Of a stretch of DNA of 64,000 nucleotides, positions 59,299 to 64,000 are shown piece after piece. The stretch lies in the NCBI RefSeq assembly GCF_009914755.1, contig NC_060947.1; one strand, written 5' to 3'. Numbering within the stretch: the first letter of the stretch is position 1; every line of letters begins with the position of its first letter. A model generated the notes under the pieces. The model was not told the DNA's origin, made no database searches, and saw only the letters and a program-made list of their open reading frames with translations. The position numbers and the translations under genes were made by a program. This DNA comes from the human T2T-CHM13v2.0 reference genome, Homo sapiens.

Positions 59299-59644
59299 CT
59301 AGAAATAAAATAGGAACAAAATTAAATACATACACAAAAGAACTTGAACACCTCAGACTATATTCTCCTCTCACTTGTAATTCGCTTATAATTTTCGTCC
59401 TTGAGTTTTTCTAGAGTTATGTTTAATACTCTGCAGCATCTAGATCACATTCAAAGAATCTAAGTGAAGTTTTATTGCCACTGTGACCCAGAATTTCACA
59501 ACTCTCACCAAAGGAAAATCCAGCAAACTCACTCAAGGAAAATTCAGTCACGAGTTTTGAAGAAACTTTTCTTACTCTCATTTCCCAGAAAAAACAAATA
59601 CATGGTTTTCAATAAGTATCTTAACAAGTGAAATCTCCATCAAC

Positions 59645-59845
59645 GAGGGCAGAGATTTCCCTGGAAAGATCCACAGCAATGCTACAATAATGAAAATGTT
59701 CTAGAATCCCTGTACTGTCCGATATAGTAGGCAGCAGCCACATGGCTACTAAGTATTTCAAATCTCCAGCAAACTGAGGTTTTAATTTTATTTAATAATT
59801 TATAACAATTCAAAGGTGGCTAGTGGCTACTGCATTAGCATAGAT
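59645..59845. mobile_element. MER3-like hAT element
   Basis: ATGAAAATGTTCTA..CTGTCCGATATAGTAG..AGCCACATGGCTACT..GTGGCTAGTGGCTAC. Confidence 0.7.
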
Positions 59846-60294
59846 TTAGATATAGCTTTGCTTACTACTTTAAAAATATATTAAGACGAAACTTGAATTA
59901 GTCTTATTTCTAGTGTTTAATATAAAAAAAAACGTTCAGAGCCACAAAACAAACTTCATGCTACAGTGGGAAACACAACTTGGGAAACACAATTTGATCT
60001 ACAACGTGGAATCAACCCCAAACAACTGGTGCATAAGGAATGTGGGGGTGGCATCATCTAAATTTTAATAGGTTGGAACTTGTATACAACTCATCAGGCA
60101 GTTGCAGCCCAGAAAAGATCCTAATAACATTTTAGAATCTTGACTGACCGCAGAGAGAACCAAGGTTCCTATCTAATGTTTTGTTTCATGAGCTATGATA
60201 CTGGAAAGTTGCCATAACTAAGAGGGCACTGAGTCTTTCCACAGTTAACTGCTTTCAAAAGATATGCACTGCTACAAGTTAATTCTAAATCTTA

Positions 60295-60432
60295 CTTTTT
60301 TTCTTCTTTTTTTTAATTATACTTTAAGTTCTGGGATACATGTGCAGAACGTGCAGGTTACATAGGTATACACGTGCCATGGTGGTTTGCTGCACCCATC
60401 AACCCATCATCTACATTAGGTATTTCTCCTAA
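60295..60432 (-). mobile_element. L1PA 3' tip
   Basis: TTATACTTTAAGTTCTGGGATACATGTGCAGAACG. Confidence 0.9.
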
Positions 60433-60556
60433 ATAAAGTATTTTTATACTGTGACCAGTAACTGAGAGTTTTGTGAAAATGCGACTTCCCTAAAAATGTC
60501 CTCACTATCCAGTCCCCTGAAGCAAAAACTTATAAGCCTTAAAAGTGAAAATCTCG

Positions 60557-60894
<338 letters not shown>

Positions 60895-60916
60895 CTAAGT
60901 AACTACAAAAACTTAC

Positions 60917-61000
60917 TTGGAAGCAAGCAACTCCAAAGGAAATTCCTGCAACGACTCCCATTTCTGACTCTATAATGGTCATCACCTTTATAAAACAACC
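60917..61000 (-). CDS. TSPAN6: Tetraspanin-6 exon 6
   Basis: GCFIKVMTIIESEMGVVAGISFGVACFQ; AG/GTAAGT boundaries. Confidence 0.97.
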
Positions 61001-61055
61001 CTAATGGGAGGAAAAAAACAAAGATTAAATACAGCACAAGCAGCCTGTGCTTTTC

Positions 61056-61149
61056 TTTATGGTAATAAATACTTCGATCATATAACTCTGCAGAAAGATA
61101 TATTTATGGTAATAAATACTTTGATCATATACCTCTGCAGAAAGATGTA
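61056..61149. repeat. 47-bp tandem duplication
   Basis: TTTATGGTAATAAATACTT(C/T)GATCATATA(A/C)CTCTGCAGAAAGAT(A/G)TA x2. Confidence 0.95.
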
Positions 61150-61271
61150 TGTATCATAGCCTTTGATTGTCATTTTATTGAAATCTATTCTCTTCCATAT
61201 GTTCTCAACAGAACAAATAATTATTCCCAATTATTTCCACCTTCTGGATTATATATTTAAAAGTGTTACTT

Positions 61272-61388
61272 CACTTGAACCCAGGAGTTCAAGGCTCCAG
61301 TGAGCTATGATCACAACACTGTACTTCAGACTGGGTGACAGAGAGAGACACTGTCTTTAAAAAAAAATACTAAATAATAAATAAACAA
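61272..61388 (+). mobile_element. Truncated AluJ/FLAM-type monomer
   Basis: TSD AAAAGTGTTACTT at 61259-61271 and 61389-61401. Confidence 0.85.
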
Positions 61389-61468
61389 AAAAGTGTTACT
61401 TGCTGGCCGTCTGAACTCAATTCTTACCCGCCCTATCTATTTCAGCTTATATTTAAAAATTAAAAACT

Positions 61469-61760
<292 letters not shown>

Positions 61761-61836
61761 TTAAAAACTGGGTCAATTTTGCATTCAGTTAAGTCTTCAA
61801 ATATTGCCAAATAGAAAATTTTAAAAGGCACCTTAC

Positions 61837-61971
61837 TTCATTGTTTACTTTGTCTGCATCTCTCTGTGGAGTACAATCTTCAAGTTTACAGCAACTCTTA
61901 GGAAATCCTTTTTCTGAGTAATAATTAGTATCTGTCCAATCTCTATAATCGGTGACACCACAACAATGCAA
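61837..61971 (-). CDS. TSPAN6: Tetraspanin-6 exon 5 (CCG motif, large extracellular loop)
   Basis: [45 protein letters not shown]; TCAG/GTAAGG boundaries. Confidence 0.98.
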
Positions 61972-62362
61972 CTGAAAAACCCAACAAAAGCATTTACAGT
62001 TTATATTACAACTTTGTAGTCAAACATTTAACCTAATATCCTCTATTGCAATTTGTGCTCAAAACATTTACTAATCTCAATGATCTCTCTCCTCAATTGA
62101 TTCAAGAGATGAGCACTGGGTCCCTGATTAGCACCATGCATGACAGTTTTGTATTGGCCTTACTTTCCTGCTATAGTTGGTACTAACTGTACCTGGACTA
62201 TGATGTAAGTGGGGAAGGAAGAGAACAGGTGCACATGTGAGGAAAATGAAACACGTCACACTTCTTTCCCCTACAGGTGGATAACATCTAGTAGCCAGAC
62301 TCTGCTCTTTTCTCTGAGGCAACAGGGAATGTGTTCCCCTCTAGGTGGTGGTTACCACTTAC

Positions 62363-62461
62363 CGTATTTTGGATCTTGTCTACTGCATGGCTTCTATAAT
62401 CTCCTGTAGAGTTATACTGCTTCAAAGCCTTCTCATAATTATTCTTAAAGCTGTTCTTAAT
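62363..62461 (-). CDS. TSPAN6: Tetraspanin-6 exon 4
   Basis: IKNSFKNNYEKALKQYNSTGDYRSHAVDKIQNT; ATAG/GTAAGT boundaries. Confidence 0.97.
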
Positions 62462-62861
62462 CTATAGCAAAGAAACACAATGTCAGTAAGAAAATCCTCT
62501 AGAAAGTTTTTGGTTTCAGGTCAAATAAGTTCTCGAATCTGACCAATGGTCATATCTTTGACAGCAGCAACATGTATAGTAATTAACTTCCATGGTACAG
62601 TCCTGTCCTCTAAGGGGTATAGGTTAGCTGAGGGGACTACTAAGCAAAACATTAAAATATATGATGAGAACCACTACAAGTTCAAAGTGCTGTGGGAATA
62701 TGTATTTATCTGAGTGGCAATGCAGTATTGCTGTATTCTGCACCCTGCTAATTTTTCTCCACTTTAAACTGAGTTCAAATTCGATGCCTATGGAATTTGT
62801 AAGCTACAAAACCTTACTTTGGGAGGCTGTGCTACCACTTTATGAGAACTCTCATTAATGA

Positions 62862-63231
<370 letters not shown>

Positions 63232-63609
63232 AATATTAAACTTCTGATGATTTGCATTAAGTATATCCAATCTTTTCAAAATGCAAGGCATAAGAAGGTT
63301 ATCAATTTTGTGCTTTGAATATTTTCCTATCAGCAAAGTTATAAATTGTACTATCTCCGTTTTAATAGGTATTTATACACAGAAAAACGACAGGGAATAT
63401 AAGTAAGTAATTTTCTTCTGGTGACTATCAGTCTTTACAATTTTCTAAATTTTCTTTTAAATTAGAAGTGGACCAGAATTTTTACAAGAAGGCCATTATT
63501 GTCAGCTACAGGTTTAAATACAGAGGTCTGACTCTTCTACTTTAATAAATCCATTTTTATCTCTCAGAGGATAAATGTAACATGCTAAGCTTCCCTAATT
63601 CAGGCTTAC

Positions 63610-63684
63610 CTCATGTCTGAAAACAAATCCTACGATGGTAGCGACCAGTTCGACCAAAAAAACGAGAGTCAGAAACATTGCATA
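63610..63684 (-). CDS. TSPAN6: Tetraspanin-6 exon 3 (TM3)
   Basis: YAMFLTLVFLVELVATIVGFVFRHE; GCAG/GTAAGC boundaries. Confidence 0.97.
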
Positions 63685-63989
63685 CTGCAGGATAAGAAAG
63701 AAAGTCCAAGTCAGCATAAATAAGATATAGCACAACTGCAAAGGGAGTCAAAGAAAAAATAATGGTCGTCTTCTCAATTAGTTCATCATGTTTTCATTGA
63801 AAAGGGCAGGGAAAATAACAACATGTCTATTTTGAAAGTGGAAACTGGCAGCTGAACTGTTACTTGATAAGTTTCCATAAGGAACAGGAAAAATTGTAAA
63901 GGGCCATGGCCAGTTCCAACAAAGGAATTCTATAACATACAAAACTTTTCTAAAACCAAGAATCAATTCTAATGAAAACAAGGACTCAC

Positions 63990-64000
63990 CAGTTTTAGCA
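63990..64000 (-). CDS. TSPAN6: Tetraspanin-6 exon 2, last 11 nt (..MLKL); the rest lies outside the window
   Basis: TG CTA AAA CTG|GTGAGT. Confidence 0.85.

Overview
Human (hominid) genomic DNA from the TNMD-TSPAN6 locus (Xq22 by established knowledge). The + strand holds the complete tenomodulin gene: 7 coding exons at 13449-28147, all GT-AG, joining to 954 nt (317 aa). The - strand holds the 3' part of TSPAN6: end of exon 2 through the non-coding last exon, about 55540-64000. The two genes are convergent. The first 5.7 kb is a decayed class I ERV provirus on the - strand (5' LTR, PBS, gag, pro, pol), inserted next to or into an MLT1 LTR and itself interrupted by two Alus and an L1 fragment. 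The rest is typical L1/L2/Alu/MIR/LTR/DNA-transposon relics. I find no new protein-coding system. The best leads are non-coding: a perfect 27-bp hairpin in TNMD intron 3; a MER41A LTR inserted in reverse into another MER41A next to a MER41B with altered STAT sites; a triplicated TGATTCAATCA motif in the TSPAN6 3' UTR; an in-frame alternative TNMD exon 6 acceptor; a candidate internal TNMD promoter; and inverted Alus around TSPAN6 exons 4-5. Repeat family names come from recalled consensus sequences, and repeat boundaries without a stated TSD are approximate.
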